The notes under the pieces were generated by a model. That model searched no databases, was not told the origin of the DNA, and saw only the letters and a program-made list of their open reading frames with translations. The translations under genes were made by a program, and so were the position numbers. Source: Bdellovibrio sp. (GTDB lineage Bacteria > Bdellovibrionota > Bdellovibrionia > Bdellovibrionales > Bdellovibrionaceae). From it: a stretch of DNA of 64,000 nt. The stretch lies in the NCBI GenBank assembly GCA_043760925.1, contig JAYUOK010000057.1:14939-78938 (forward strand), read 5' to 3'. This document shows, piece after piece, positions 37,184 through 47,126 of this stretch. Positions within the stretch are counted from its first letter, which is position 1. Each line of letters starts with the position of its first letter.

Positions 37184-38125
37184 GTGAGATTTACTTTAGC
37201 AACTATTGTTCTATTTGCGTTACAATTTGCACCTCAATTTGCAGCATCTCAAGAAACAGGTGCTGGTGGAACACCGACATCTTCGGACTCTCCAAGCACG
37301 GCCACAGGCCTTTCTGGTGGTGCGATCACGATGCCGAATCCATCGGGCTCTGAAGAATCTCAGCGAAAAGCTTTTGGAATATCATTATTTACTTTAGGCG
37401 GAGTGAACGTTGACCAGTTCGATCGCGAACGGCCTTCATTTTTCGTTTATGATGGTTACATTTCTTTTAATTACCGAGTGAATAGTGATTTACGTGTTTC
37501 GGCGCGCCCGGCATTTAATTATTCGACGGCGGGTCTTGATTACCAAGGTAAAGAAGTAACCGATAAAATGACCACGCGCGATTTCTCGATGCTAGTAACT
37601 GGTTATAATATTTTGCAAGACACTTTACCTGCCGCGATGGATTTAAAAGCGCAAGCGCGAATGTATTTACCCACCAGCGAAGGCTCGAAGGTCGAAGGAA
37701 TGATCGCGCGTCTGCGATTTGAATTTGAATCAAAATATCGATTAGGAAAATACCATAATCTTCGCGCTTACTTTAAACCGAGTTACTTTTTTCAACGTAC
37801 GACTGCATTCTTAGATCAGTATGGCAATGTACGAACAACAAAGATGGCCGATGCTCAACACGGGATTGAAGGCGATTATAACGTGAATAAGTATTTTTCT
37901 ATCAAGCCCGGGTTTGAAGTTGAAGATACATGGTCGAATGAGTCTGATGTGAATAATCGTGATCCTCGACACGAGACAACCATTGCTTACCGTATGGGAG
38001 TTGAATGTCGTCCGATGAAGGGCCTTAGCTTTACGGTAGGATATCAAGATCGCCGCGATTTAGTTCAAGTCGATCGCGAACGTGATTTAAGTTACTCATT
38101 AATGACGAACTTAGCGCTTTACTAA
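37184..38125 (+). CDS. OM beta-barrel-like hypothetical protein
   Basis: GTG 37184 lies 5 nt after GGGGG. Signal peptide ...QFAASQ. Alternating beta-strand pattern, C-terminal ...TNLALY. Confidence 0.68.
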   Translation: MRFTLATIVLFALQFAPQFAASQETGAGGTPTSSDSPSTATGLSGGAITMPNPSGSEESQRKAFGISLFTLGGVNVDQFDRERPSFFVYDGYISFNYRVNSDLRVSARPAFNYSTAGLDYQGKEVTDKMTTRDFSMLVTGYNILQDTLPAAMDLKAQARMYLPTSEGSKVEGMIARLRFEFESKYRLGKYHNLRAYFKPSYFFQRTTAFLDQYGNVRTTKMADAQHGIEGDYNVNKYFSIKPGFEVEDTWSNESDVNNRDPRHETTIAYRMGVECRPMKGLSFTVGYQDRRDLVQVDRERDLSYSLMTNLALY

Positions 38126-38991
38126 ATAAAACTAAATTCTTCTTCTAAATTAAATTGCTGCTGTTGCTGTTTCCAATTGAAACGCAATTCGCAAGCGCGT
38201 AAGGCAATGCCCGAGTTATCGCATTTCAATTGAGCACCATAAAGCGAATCACCCACAACGGGCGCTTCCATATTAGAAAGCTGTGCTCTGATCTGATGCG
38301 TACGCCCCGTCAGTAAATCAATTTTCACCCAAGTACTGTTCGAACATTTTTTTTGCTTGAGGATGTGCAGCTCACAAAAGGCCCAACCATCTGTAGCAAT
38401 GGGCGAAACCGTTTTTGGCGCGCGGGGAGACGGCTCCATATAGTGAATCAATTTTTCTGGTAAAGGTAATGCGGTTTCAACCAAAGCGACGTATTTTTTT
38501 TCGACTTGGCGGTTTTGCATTTGTACGTTGAAATTTTTGACGAAATCTAAATTTTTTCCATAAACAATGAGGCCTTCCGTTAACGTATCAAGCCGATGAG
38601 TAATGAAAAGTGGTTGTGATAGCGCTTCGCTTAATTGATGAAGCGAATTGTCTATAATATTATCCACTGATGGATGGCTTGGAACGCCGCTCGGTTTATC
38701 CAAAACAACAAAATCATCGTTATCAAAAACGATTCGATCTTTCCATTCGTGGCGACAATTGAATCTTCGTGGTTTCGTATGCACTCGAATTGTTTGATTT
38801 TCCTTAATCAATGAGTTCGTGTTTTGTCGAATGTTGTTAATATATATCGCACCCAAATTGAGCAAGTCATAAACGTCTGGTTCAGGTTTTTCCAATACTG
38901 AAGAGACCAGCTGGACCAAAGACCCAGAGTTTTGATTAATAAAATGTTTAACTCCATATTCAAAACCGTGCGAGCTTACAAATTGGGACAT
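38122..38991 (-). CDS. RluA-family pseudouridine synthase
   Basis: Catalytic HRLDTLTEGLIVYGK, GRTHQIRAQL, and an S4-like N-terminus. ATG 38991 chosen; GTG 39006 is the alternative. Confidence 0.85.
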   Translation of the reverse strand: MSQFVSSHGFEYGVKHFINQNSGSLVQLVSSVLEKPEPDVYDLLNLGAIYINNIRQNTNSLIKENQTIRVHTKPRRFNCRHEWKDRIVFDNDDFVVLDKPSGVPSHPSVDNIIDNSLHQLSEALSQPLFITHRLDTLTEGLIVYGKNLDFVKNFNVQMQNRQVEKKYVALVETALPLPEKLIHYMEPSPRAPKTVSPIATDGWAFCELHILKQKKCSNSTWVKIDLLTGRTHQIRAQLSNMEAPVVGDSLYGAQLKCDNSGIALRACELRFNWKQQQQQFNLEEEFSFI

Positions 38992-39065
38992 AAGAATGGT
39001 TAGCACACTGTACCGAGCTTGTTCAAGAGCTTAACATCAAGAGGATTTCTCATCATGATAGTAGG

Positions 39066-39755
39066 ATGCAAGAAAGCCTGTTCCAGTGTTTATGGCATAG
39101 TAAAGAGACACTCACGTGTTTGACCCCGTATGCGTACGAGCCTGCTTGGATTTATACTTTTCTAATCGTGATGATGCTTTTGTCCTCGATTGGCCTGCCG
39201 TTTCCCGAAGAGGCTACTTTAGTTAGCGTTGGAATTTTAGCTTACATGGGAAATAATCCAGATAAATTTCCGCCCCCGTATCCGGGTGCTCCGCATATCA
39301 ACGCAAATACGGCGGCACTGGTTGCGTTCTTAGCCGTTTTTCTGGCAGACTTTTTAATCTATGGAATGGGTCGGTATTTTGGTAGGCGAATCTTTGAGTG
39401 GGGACCGGTCAAATCAGTATTGTCTGAATCAAATCGGCAGCGCATTGAAAGTTGGACCGAGAAATACGGGGCCTACGCATGCGGTATTTTTAGATTTACG
39501 CCGGGGATTCGATTTCCGGGTCACTTAGCTTGTGGCATGTTAAAATTTCCGGCTTGGAAGTTTGGTCTTATCGATGGAATCGCGGCGGCCATTTCAGTTC
39601 CGACTCAGATTCTATTACTAGCTCACTACGGTGATCATATTCTTAAATACTTAAAGCAGTTTAAGATTGTTATTTTAGTGCTACTCGCGATTTTGCTGGT
39701 TGTGTTCTTATATAAAAAATACGTCAGACCTAAAAAAGAAGCGCCGATCCTTTAA
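39066..39755 (+). CDS. DedA-family (VTT domain) inner-membrane protein
   Basis: IGLPFPEEATLVSVGILA and YGMGRYFGRR are typical DedA motifs. 229 aa. Confidence 0.8.
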   Translation: MQESLFQCLWHSKETLTCLTPYAYEPAWIYTFLIVMMLLSSIGLPFPEEATLVSVGILAYMGNNPDKFPPPYPGAPHINANTAALVAFLAVFLADFLIYGMGRYFGRRIFEWGPVKSVLSESNRQRIESWTEKYGAYACGIFRFTPGIRFPGHLACGMLKFPAWKFGLIDGIAAAISVPTQILLLAHYGDHILKYLKQFKIVILVLLAILLVVFLYKKYVRPKKEAPIL

Positions 39756-39767
39756 GTCGTTTTTAGG

Positions 39768-39791
39768 AAGACTACGCAGCGGCGTAGTCTT
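39768..39791. terminator. 10-bp perfect hairpin in a convergent junction (weak bidirectional terminator candidate)
   Basis: AAGACTACGC-agcg-GCGTAGTCTT. A T-run precedes it (39760-39764) but only TTT follows. The stem overlaps the last codons of the minus-strand gene. Confidence 0.3.
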
Positions 39792-40830
39792 TAGATAAAT
39801 CTTTATGTGAAATTTTAAAGCAAATATTTAAGTTAGTTGCTGCTTTTGGCTTAGCAAGTGCTAGTTCAGGCCAGAAGATTTTTTCGTAACCTTCGGTCAC
39901 ACCGAATAACTCTTCACGAATTTTAAACAGTAAGCCGGCCTCAGAGCCTAGTAACCAGTCCATTTGGACGTGGTGAAGGGCTTCTTCCAGTTCAGATGTC
40001 GCCAATGAATTAATAAAACTTTTTGGAAGTTGTTCAATCAAACAACAAGCATTGTGATTGTATTGATTGAAAGACTTCATCAGCGGCTCGACGAATAGTT
40101 TCTCGATGCGAATGTCTTTATCTTTATGGCTAATAAAAGGAACACTTAATTTTTTAAACTGTAAGTAAAGCATAGCATCATTAACCGTGTAGTCAGATTT
40201 TGGCAAATAGTCAGAAATTGAATCGCACTTAACCGATTCAAATGAAGAATCTTCCACGTGAGCATTGTGATCAATCGCCATTAATGATCGTAAGTGAAAA
40301 AGAAAAGAGTAGAAACAAATCAACTTTTCATTCATCTTTTCACTAAACTGCACATTGAAATTATATAGAAATGCGGTTTCCATAGAAAGTTCAAATTCAG
40401 ATAAACAATCTAACGCCTTTTCAAGTTTAGAAAATACGATCGTCTTGTCTTGAAAAACTTCGCTCCAAATTTCGGTCATTTGCTTTTCAAAGTTTTCATT
40501 TTTTAAAGTGGCTTTGAAATTTCCGCGCAGTGATTTCACACGGGGAGCCGACTTTTGAAAAAGTTCGGTGTAAGGATCAAACGAACGATAGGCTTGCATC
40601 GCGAATTGTCGTTCTTCCGGAGTTAAAAATTTGTAATCTGTCATTTTGTGAAAACAAAGACCTAAAATGGCGTCCGTGTTGTATTTGAACGGTGACTCTG
40701 GAGTTAAATTCTTAATCTGCGGTGGTACTCCCGCCGATGTTAAGTCCCAAAAACGTAACTGCTCAGGCTTTAATACTGCACCTGCCGCTGTTTTAATTTC
40801 AATTCCCATTTGAAACAAATTCTTCGTCAT
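39772..40830 (-). CDS. Hypothetical cytoplasmic protein, no recognisable family
   Basis: ATG 40830 lies 5 nt after GAGGAG. 352 aa, no signal peptide or TM segment, no motif I can name. Confidence 0.7.
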   Translation of the reverse strand: MTKNLFQMGIEIKTAAGAVLKPEQLRFWDLTSAGVPPQIKNLTPESPFKYNTDAILGLCFHKMTDYKFLTPEERQFAMQAYRSFDPYTELFQKSAPRVKSLRGNFKATLKNENFEKQMTEIWSEVFQDKTIVFSKLEKALDCLSEFELSMETAFLYNFNVQFSEKMNEKLICFYSFLFHLRSLMAIDHNAHVEDSSFESVKCDSISDYLPKSDYTVNDAMLYLQFKKLSVPFISHKDKDIRIEKLFVEPLMKSFNQYNHNACCLIEQLPKSFINSLATSELEEALHHVQMDWLLGSEAGLLFKIREELFGVTEGYEKIFWPELALAKPKAATNLNICFKISHKDLSKDYAAA

Positions 40831-40915
40831 TTTCACTCCTCAAAGCTATTGCCTGATAGTTGTTTATCGGAATTTATTGTAAATCCCCAAGTCCAGATGT
40901 AACCTCGACGTTCGT

Positions 40916-41701
40916 ATGAAATATGTAGATGCCCACTCACATTGGTCTGATCCCAGACTTTTTTTAAAAGAAGATTTCAATGATCTTTTGCAAAAATCAA
41001 TTAGACAAAGTATTGATTTTTTTCTGCTTGGGGGCGTAAGTCCAGAAGAGTGGCAAAATCAGCTGGTTCTAAAAACGAAATATCCTGAAAATTTTGGCCT
41101 CTGTTTTGGATTACACCCTTACTACGTCAGCAGTCACGAATACGATGAATGCGAAGATGCGCTTGATCAACTGGCGAAAATTCTTCCCGCAGCCATGGCG
41201 GTCGGCGAGGCCGGTTTGGATTTTAGACCTCACATCATGAAAGATTCGCAAAGTTTGCAAGTCGAAATGTTCGAAAATCAAATTGAACTGGCGAAGGCAT
41301 TTGAAAAGCCGATGGTATTACATATCGTACAAGCCCATGACAAAGCCATTCAGATTTTTGATCTTTGGGATGCGCCCGAGCGTAAAGGTTTGGTGCACGG
41401 GTTTACCGGAAGTTACGACACGGCAAAAAAATATATCGATAAAGGCTTTCTGATCTCAGTCGGTGGAGCGGTCACTTACGAGAAAAATCAAAAACTGCGA
41501 GATTGCATACAAAGAATTCCGCTTGAATTTTTATTGCTTGAAAGCGATTCGCCTGACCAAGCTCCTCTTGGCTGGGTGGGCGATAACGATTCGACTTCGC
41601 TTTACCAAATTGCCGACATCGTCGCGGTCGCCAGAAACGTGAGCCCGTTTGATATCTTGCGGACTACGACGTCCAATTTCAAAAGACTATTTCATTTGTA
41701 A
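40916..41701 (+). CDS. TatD-family metal-dependent hydrolase/DNase
   Basis: DAHSHW, GEAGLDF, VLHIVQAH, LLLESDSP are the TatD metal-ligand blocks. Confidence 0.9.
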   Translation: MKYVDAHSHWSDPRLFLKEDFNDLLQKSIRQSIDFFLLGGVSPEEWQNQLVLKTKYPENFGLCFGLHPYYVSSHEYDECEDALDQLAKILPAAMAVGEAGLDFRPHIMKDSQSLQVEMFENQIELAKAFEKPMVLHIVQAHDKAIQIFDLWDAPERKGLVHGFTGSYDTAKKYIDKGFLISVGGAVTYEKNQKLRDCIQRIPLEFLLLESDSPDQAPLGWVGDNDSTSLYQIADIVAVARNVSPFDILRTTTSNFKRLFHL

Positions 41702-41784
41702 TCATTTGATTGCTATTTAACCAACATGACACCTGCACTGACCTTCAGCTAGTGTAATGATGCAAGCTTGAGTCTGCTTGCCGA

Positions 41785-42432
41785 ATGCTCTACAGTTTTG
41801 TTATGAAGTTATTTACTATACTTTTCGGCTTATCGCTCGTTTTTCCGGTGAATTCAATTGCAAAAAATTCAGAATCAGAACGAAGCAATCAAAATGTGTC
41901 CTTAAGTTTAAATGTTCAAGGATATGGTCCTAATCAAGGTTTAAATTTAGGTGGATACTTATCTCTGTATCTCTCAACAAACACAATTTTAGATTTCGAG
42001 TACATGTTGGGAGGCCCGGTCTACACAACTTTACTTTACGAAACAATTAATGTGAGCATTAATTCATACGGAGCTTCGATTCGACGTTTTCTAGGTAATA
42101 GTTTCTATGTTCGACTTGGCGGTGGAATTAAAACGGCTAGCTACGTTTATCAAAAAGAAGATCCGGTGACTCGAATAAGAACTGAAAGAGGTCGTTTCAA
42201 TGGAACGGCAAACTACCTCATGATTTCCTTGGGTAATCAGTGGAACTTGGGCGCTTTCACAATTGGCTGTGATTGGATTGGATTTTCGACAACGCAATCA
42301 AGTCAAATCCAAGAAGTCATTCCGGCAACTGCCTCGGCTTCCGATGTATCTCATATTAAAAATGCGGAAGAACAGTACTTGAAACTTGGCGTACCCATCG
42401 TGACTCGATTCTATCTTGGATTCGGTTTCTAA
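41785..42432 (+). CDS. Small OM beta-barrel-like protein (hypothetical)
   Basis: Signal peptide (MKLFTILFGLSLVFPVNSIA if ATG 41803 is used), C-terminal ...RFYLGFGF. Confidence 0.68.
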   Translation: MLYSFVMKLFTILFGLSLVFPVNSIAKNSESERSNQNVSLSLNVQGYGPNQGLNLGGYLSLYLSTNTILDFEYMLGGPVYTTLLYETINVSINSYGASIRRFLGNSFYVRLGGGIKTASYVYQKEDPVTRIRTERGRFNGTANYLMISLGNQWNLGAFTIGCDWIGFSTTQSSQIQEVIPATASASDVSHIKNAEEQYLKLGVPIVTRFYLGFGF

Positions 42433-42468
42433 ATTCGGAAACATGGCAACTTATACGTAATGGGCACG

Positions 42469-42492
42469 CCGTCCAATATAGGACGGTTTAAT
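42469..42492 (+). terminator. Weak intrinsic terminator candidate
   Basis: CCGTCC-aatata-GGACGG followed by TTTAAT. Short stem and a poor U-tract. Confidence 0.3.
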
Positions 42493-42558
42493 GACCTTTT
42501 ATTGCGCCAGACTCACTTAAACTTTGCCCTTAGACGGTGTTTTTGTTAGTAAATACGC

Positions 42559-43422
42559 ATGGAAAATACTCATGCCGCCAATTTCACGATTCCCGAGAAT
42601 AGCTACACTTTGCACCGTCGATTTGATCGAATGGGGCGTTTGGTAGGCGATGATGCGATGAAAAAGTTATTCGGCAGTCACGTCATGATTTTAGGATTGG
42701 GCGGAGTGGGCAGTTGGGCCGCAGAATCTTTAGCACGATCTGGGGTCGGAAAGATTACGATTGTGGATCATGATGAGATTTGTATTACAAATGCGAATCG
42801 TCAGCTGCATGCATTGCAGGGTTTGGTTGGGCAAAAAAAGGCTTTAGTTATGGCCGAACGTTTGAAAAAAATTAATCCACAAGCTCAAATCGAAGCGCTG
42901 CCGGTATTTTACAACAAAGATACTTCTGCTCAGATCCTAGCTTTAAAGCCCGATTACATTTTAGATGCGATCGACAATTTAACCGCGAAGACTTTTTTGT
43001 TGAACGAGTGTCGAACTCAGAATTTAAAGGTCATCACCAGTGGCGGGGCTTCGGCTAAAATGGACCCGACGCGCATTCGAATTGTTGATTTGGCGCAAAC
43101 CGTGATGGATCCGCTGGCGCATTCAGTTCGAAAAATTTTACGTCAAGATTTTAATTTTCCTCGCGAAAAGTTTTTCGGAATTCCGTGTGTTTTTTCGGAT
43201 GAAGAGCCGATGGAGCCGGTTGAGCTTAAGTATGATTTGGGTCAGGGTTTTAAATGCGTTTGTCCTCAAGGCGAAATTGATCCGCACTCGTGCATGCACC
43301 GATCTGTGATCTACGGGAATGCTAGTTTTGTGACGGGTGCATTTGGCTTAGCGATGGCATCGTGGGTTGTCCGAAGTGTTATGCAATCAAGCACTGAAGC
43401 AGTCTCAGCGAGCGTGAATTAG
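42559..43422 (+). CDS. tcdA: tRNA cyclic t6A dehydratase TcdA (ThiF/MoeB-type E1-like)
   Basis: ILGLGGVGSWAAESLARSGVGKITIVDHDEICITNANRQ together with the size (287 aa) fits TcdA/CsdL. Confidence 0.82.
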   Translation: MENTHAANFTIPENSYTLHRRFDRMGRLVGDDAMKKLFGSHVMILGLGGVGSWAAESLARSGVGKITIVDHDEICITNANRQLHALQGLVGQKKALVMAERLKKINPQAQIEALPVFYNKDTSAQILALKPDYILDAIDNLTAKTFLLNECRTQNLKVITSGGASAKMDPTRIRIVDLAQTVMDPLAHSVRKILRQDFNFPREKFFGIPCVFSDEEPMEPVELKYDLGQGFKCVCPQGEIDPHSCMHRSVIYGNASFVTGAFGLAMASWVVRSVMQSSTEAVSASVN

Positions 43423-43423
43423 T

Positions 43424-43552
43424 ATGAGTTTAATTATTTTCTTTGGCATGGCGCTGTGTATTTTTATCGCCGGAATAACTTTGATCTCGCTAACGTTCTA
43501 TCACTGGTATAAGGTTAGAAAAAATGGAAACCCTCAAAAAAACAATTCTTAA
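43424..43552 (+). CDS. Possible 42-aa single-pass membrane micro-protein (unlisted small ORF)
   Basis: My own translation: MSLIIFFGMALCIFIAGITLISLTFYHWYKVRKNGNPQKNNS. Starts 1 nt after the tcdA stop and overlaps the next gene's start by 29 nt. No SD seen; speculative. Confidence 0.25.
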   Translation: MSLIIFFGMALCIFIAGITLISLTFYHWYKVRKNGNPQKNNS

Positions 43553-44576
43553 TAAAGCTGGTCTTTTTTATTCGTACGCACGGACCGGAAATTTTGCGCT
43601 TCAAGGCGCACTACTGCCCTGGATGAACTTTTTAGCGACGGGCGAAATGCGCGAACCACCGAAAGAATTTAAAGCACACATTAAAGAGGCCCTATTAAGA
43701 ATCAAATCTCTGCATGACAAAGATTTAGAAAATATAAAAAATAATATTTATCCTGTCGAAGTTCTGTACCCAGAAAATCCGATTAAGCATGCTTTAAGAT
43801 ATCCGCAAGTATTGATGGATGCCTTCAAGGCATCTAAGCGGCGTAAAAATAAAGTATCGGATCAGTTTTCTGATGAAGCTAATGAATACCTGGCCGACTT
43901 ACCCGATTACTATAAACGTAATTTTCATTTTCAAACGGGTGGTTACCTGAGTGAAGTTTCGGCTGAGCTTTATGAGCATCAGGTTGAGATTTTATTTAGT
44001 GGCGCTGCAGATGCTATGCGGCGCCTTTTACTTCCGGAGATGAAAGTTCATTTTCAAGGGAGCGATGGCGAAGGTCTTCATTTTCTAGAATTAGCTAGTG
44101 GCACTGGCCGATTTACTCGATCGTTAGCGCTGGCTTTTCCTAAGGCTAAAATTACCTGCGTTGATCTAAGCCCTAATTATTTGTCAAAAGCCCGCGAGCG
44201 TTTAAAAGAATTTAAAAATATCAATTTTGTTCAAGGGGCCGCTGAAGATCTGCCATTTAAAAAGTCGACTTACAATGCGGTCGTCTCGTGCTTTCTATTT
44301 CATGAGCTTCCGATGCCTATTCGTCAAACCGTTATTGCAAAGTCGATTCAATTCTTAAAGCCCCGTGGATTTTTAGGTTTGGTGGATTCAATTCAGAAAA
44401 ATGACGATAAAGAATTTCAGTGGGCGCTGAAGCAGTTCCCGATGGATTTTCATGAACCTTTTTATAAAAACTATGTACAAAACCCGATGGAGACCTTGCT
44501 GTCTGACGCGGGCCTAAAAAACGTGCAAAGCGAGGCCGGTTTTCTTTCGAAAACGGTTTCGGGAGTTAAAGCTTAG
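43524..44576 (+). CDS. Class I SAM-dependent methyltransferase with a roughly 170-aa N-terminal extension
   Basis: Motif I LELASGTGRFT, then VVSCFLFHELP. Substrate unknown. Confidence 0.82.
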   Translation: METLKKTILNKAGLFYSYARTGNFALQGALLPWMNFLATGEMREPPKEFKAHIKEALLRIKSLHDKDLENIKNNIYPVEVLYPENPIKHALRYPQVLMDAFKASKRRKNKVSDQFSDEANEYLADLPDYYKRNFHFQTGGYLSEVSAELYEHQVEILFSGAADAMRRLLLPEMKVHFQGSDGEGLHFLELASGTGRFTRSLALAFPKAKITCVDLSPNYLSKARERLKEFKNINFVQGAAEDLPFKKSTYNAVVSCFLFHELPMPIRQTVIAKSIQFLKPRGFLGLVDSIQKNDDKEFQWALKQFPMDFHEPFYKNYVQNPMETLLSDAGLKNVQSEAGFLSKTVSGVKA

Positions 44577-44634
44577 CTCTTGTCAGCACCCCTGAATCAC
44601 TGTTATCTTTCCCATTCACTTTTGGAGGCAACTT

Positions 44635-45603
44635 ATGAATATCTCTCAGTTTATTGATCACCACTATCGCCATTTCAATGCGGCCGCTCTAAAAGACGGT
44701 GCAAAAGGTTACAAGGATTTAATGGATCAGAACGGAAAGATGCTCATCACGCTTGCTGGAGCCATGAGTTCAGCTGAGCTTGGCCTTTCATTGGCCGAGA
44801 TGATCAGACAAGACAAAGTTCACGCTATTTCTTGCACAGGTGCAAACCTTGAGGAAGATGTTTTTAATTTAGTGGCGCACGATCATTACGTACGTATTCC
44901 TAACTACCGTGATCTAACTCCGGAAGATGAACAGAAATTATTAGATAAACATTTAAACCGAGTGACCGATACCTGTATTCCTGAAGAAGAAGCGATTCGC
45001 CGAATTGAAAAAGTGCTATTAGCAGAATGGCAGAACGCCGAAAAAGAAGGGAAGAGCTACTTCCCGCATGAATTCCTATATAAAATACTTCTTTCTGGAA
45101 AGCTTAAGCAGTACTACCAGATTGATCCGAAAAACTCTTGGTTACTAGCGGCGGCCGAAAAGAATTTGCCAATCATCGTTCCGGGTTGGGAAGACTCAAC
45201 AACCGGAAATATTTTTGCGGGCCACGTCATTAAGGGCAATGTCAAAAGTTCGCGTACGGTCAAGTCGGGCATCGATTATATGATTTACTGGTCTGAATGG
45301 TATATGGCGACGGCAACTAAATTCAAGGTCGGGTTTTTTCAAATCGGCGGCGGAATTGCGGGTGACTTCCCGATATGCGTAGTGCCGATGTTATCGCAGG
45401 ATTTGGGACATAAAGAAGTCCCGCTTTGGAGTTATTTCTGTCAGATCTCTGATTCGACAACTTCTTACGGTGGTTATTCGGGTGCCGTTCCGAATGAAAA
45501 GATCACGTGGGGAAAGCTTGCGATTGAAACTCCTAAATTTATTATTGAAAGCGATGCCTCAATCGTTGCCCCGTTAATGTTTTACTATGTCTTAGGAATG
45601 TAG
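44635..45603 (+). CDS. Deoxyhypusine synthase-like protein (bacterial DHS homolog)
   Basis: GGAGG SD. AGAMSSAELG, ISCTGANLEED, and C-terminal NEKITWGKL...SDASIVAPLMF (cf. eukaryotic EAVSWGKI...DASLVFPLL with the catalytic Lys). Confidence 0.82.
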   Translation: MNISQFIDHHYRHFNAAALKDGAKGYKDLMDQNGKMLITLAGAMSSAELGLSLAEMIRQDKVHAISCTGANLEEDVFNLVAHDHYVRIPNYRDLTPEDEQKLLDKHLNRVTDTCIPEEEAIRRIEKVLLAEWQNAEKEGKSYFPHEFLYKILLSGKLKQYYQIDPKNSWLLAAAEKNLPIIVPGWEDSTTGNIFAGHVIKGNVKSSRTVKSGIDYMIYWSEWYMATATKFKVGFFQIGGGIAGDFPICVVPMLSQDLGHKEVPLWSYFCQISDSTTSYGGYSGAVPNEKITWGKLAIETPKFIIESDASIVAPLMFYYVLGM

Positions 45604-45604
45604 G

Positions 45605-46429
45605 TTGAGTTTGGCAAAAGTGACGGGATTATGGATCTATCCCGTGAAATCTTGCCAGGGGATTTCGTTACAAGAAATGCCAATGGGTCCGACCGGACCA
45701 CGACATGATCGTGAGTGGATGATTGTCGATGAAAACAATCGTTTTATGACTCGACGATCGCATCCGAAGTTGGCTGAAATTAAAACAGCACTACAAGGTT
45801 CATTTCTTCACCTCTATTTAAACACGAATAAAATTTTTATTAATACCGAAGAGCCTTACGAAAACATAGAAACCGTGACGGTGTGGCAAGATTCATTCTT
45901 AGCCGGGCTTGCATCGAAAGACGTGAACAGCGCTATTTCTGATTTTTTATCTCAGTCAGTAAAGCTTGTCAGATACCAGAAAGAAAGTTTTCGTGATTTA
46001 AAAGGGGCAGGGACTTCGGTTGTTAAACAGACCATGTTTGCTGATTCTAGACCGATCTTATTAACAAATGAAAATACGTTAACCGATTTGAATAACCGGT
46101 TGCATTCACAAAACGCCCCCATGACTTTGATGGATCGTTTTCGAAGTAACATTATTGTTCAAGGTATAGATGCCTATTCTGAAGATCTGATTTCTGAAAT
46201 TCAAATTGGCGAGGTGATACTACAGAATCCGAAACCTTGCGTTCGGTGTGTCGTGATTACGCAAGATAGTGACACCGGAAAAGTTGTATCAAAAGAAACT
46301 TTAAAAACCTTGGCGAACTTGCGCAGCGAAAAAGGCGAAAAACCAACTTTCGGAATTAATTTAACTCCGCAAAATTTAGGTACAATACGGGTTGGTGATT
46401 CGTGCTTGGTTAAAAGTACGATCAATTAG
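45605..46429 (+). CDS. MOSC domain protein (YcbX-like, MOSC_N beta-barrel + MOSC)
   Basis: VTGLWIYPVKSCQG at the N-terminus and the conserved Cys in NPKPCVRCVVIT. Confidence 0.82.
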   Translation: MSLAKVTGLWIYPVKSCQGISLQEMPMGPTGPRHDREWMIVDENNRFMTRRSHPKLAEIKTALQGSFLHLYLNTNKIFINTEEPYENIETVTVWQDSFLAGLASKDVNSAISDFLSQSVKLVRYQKESFRDLKGAGTSVVKQTMFADSRPILLTNENTLTDLNNRLHSQNAPMTLMDRFRSNIIVQGIDAYSEDLISEIQIGEVILQNPKPCVRCVVITQDSDTGKVVSKETLKTLANLRSEKGEKPTFGINLTPQNLGTIRVGDSCLVKSTIN

Positions 46430-46432
46430 TAA

Positions 46433-46975
46433 TTAAATTGCTACGACTTCTTTTATTTCGGGAAATGCTTCCTTCATACGAACTTCAATCCCATCTTTTA
46501 GAGTGGCTTGTGAAGACGGGCAACCCGCGCAGGCTCCGCGCATGTGAATATGCAAAATATTATTTTCATATTTAGAAAAAACGATATCGCCACCGTCTAA
46601 GGCAACGACCGGTTTAATCTCAGTTTGCAATAGTCGTTTAATCTGTTTCACGATTTCAGAATCATTTACTGTTTCATCAAGGCTTGCTTCAAGCTGTAAA
46701 AGGACTGGTTGCCCACTTTCGATGTGTTCACCTAGTAGACCTGCTAATGGAGACGCAAGAATGTCCCATTCAACCCAGTCTTGCTTAGTAATTGTGACGA
46801 AATCTTCTCCTAAAAAGACCGACGAAGTCCAAGGGAAGCCAAAGATTTTAGCAGCTAGCGGAGATTTTTCAGAAGCCTCAACATTTGGAAAGTCGATTGA
46901 TTGGTCAGAGATTTTTTGACCAAAATTAAACTTCATTGTCGACGGATTTGGAGTGGGTTCAAATGTAACTTTCAT
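46433..46975 (-). CDS. Nfu/NifU-like Fe-S cluster scaffold (Nfu_N + NifU C-terminal domain)
   Basis: FEPTPNPSTMKF (Nfu_N) and GACAGCPSS (CxxC cluster site). Confidence 0.88.
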   Translation of the reverse strand: MKVTFEPTPNPSTMKFNFGQKISDQSIDFPNVEASEKSPLAAKIFGFPWTSSVFLGEDFVTITKQDWVEWDILASPLAGLLGEHIESGQPVLLQLEASLDETVNDSEIVKQIKRLLQTEIKPVVALDGGDIVFSKYENNILHIHMRGACAGCPSSQATLKDGIEVRMKEAFPEIKEVVAI

Positions 46976-47126
46976 GGCTCTGTTTTATCAGGTGTGTTAG
47001 AGAAGTCAAATTTGATCTGGAAATCACAGCTAAACCTTGCTCAGTTGCACTAATTTGATTATTTTCAGTGGGGCACTTCGCCCTTGAATTCGTTTATAGT
47101 GATCTAGATTAGAAATAGGAGATATC

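Noticed and set aside
41757-41780. Hairpin GCAAGC-ttgagtct-GCTTGC after tatD
   Set aside because: Only a 6-bp stem and no following T-run. It is too weak to call a terminator.
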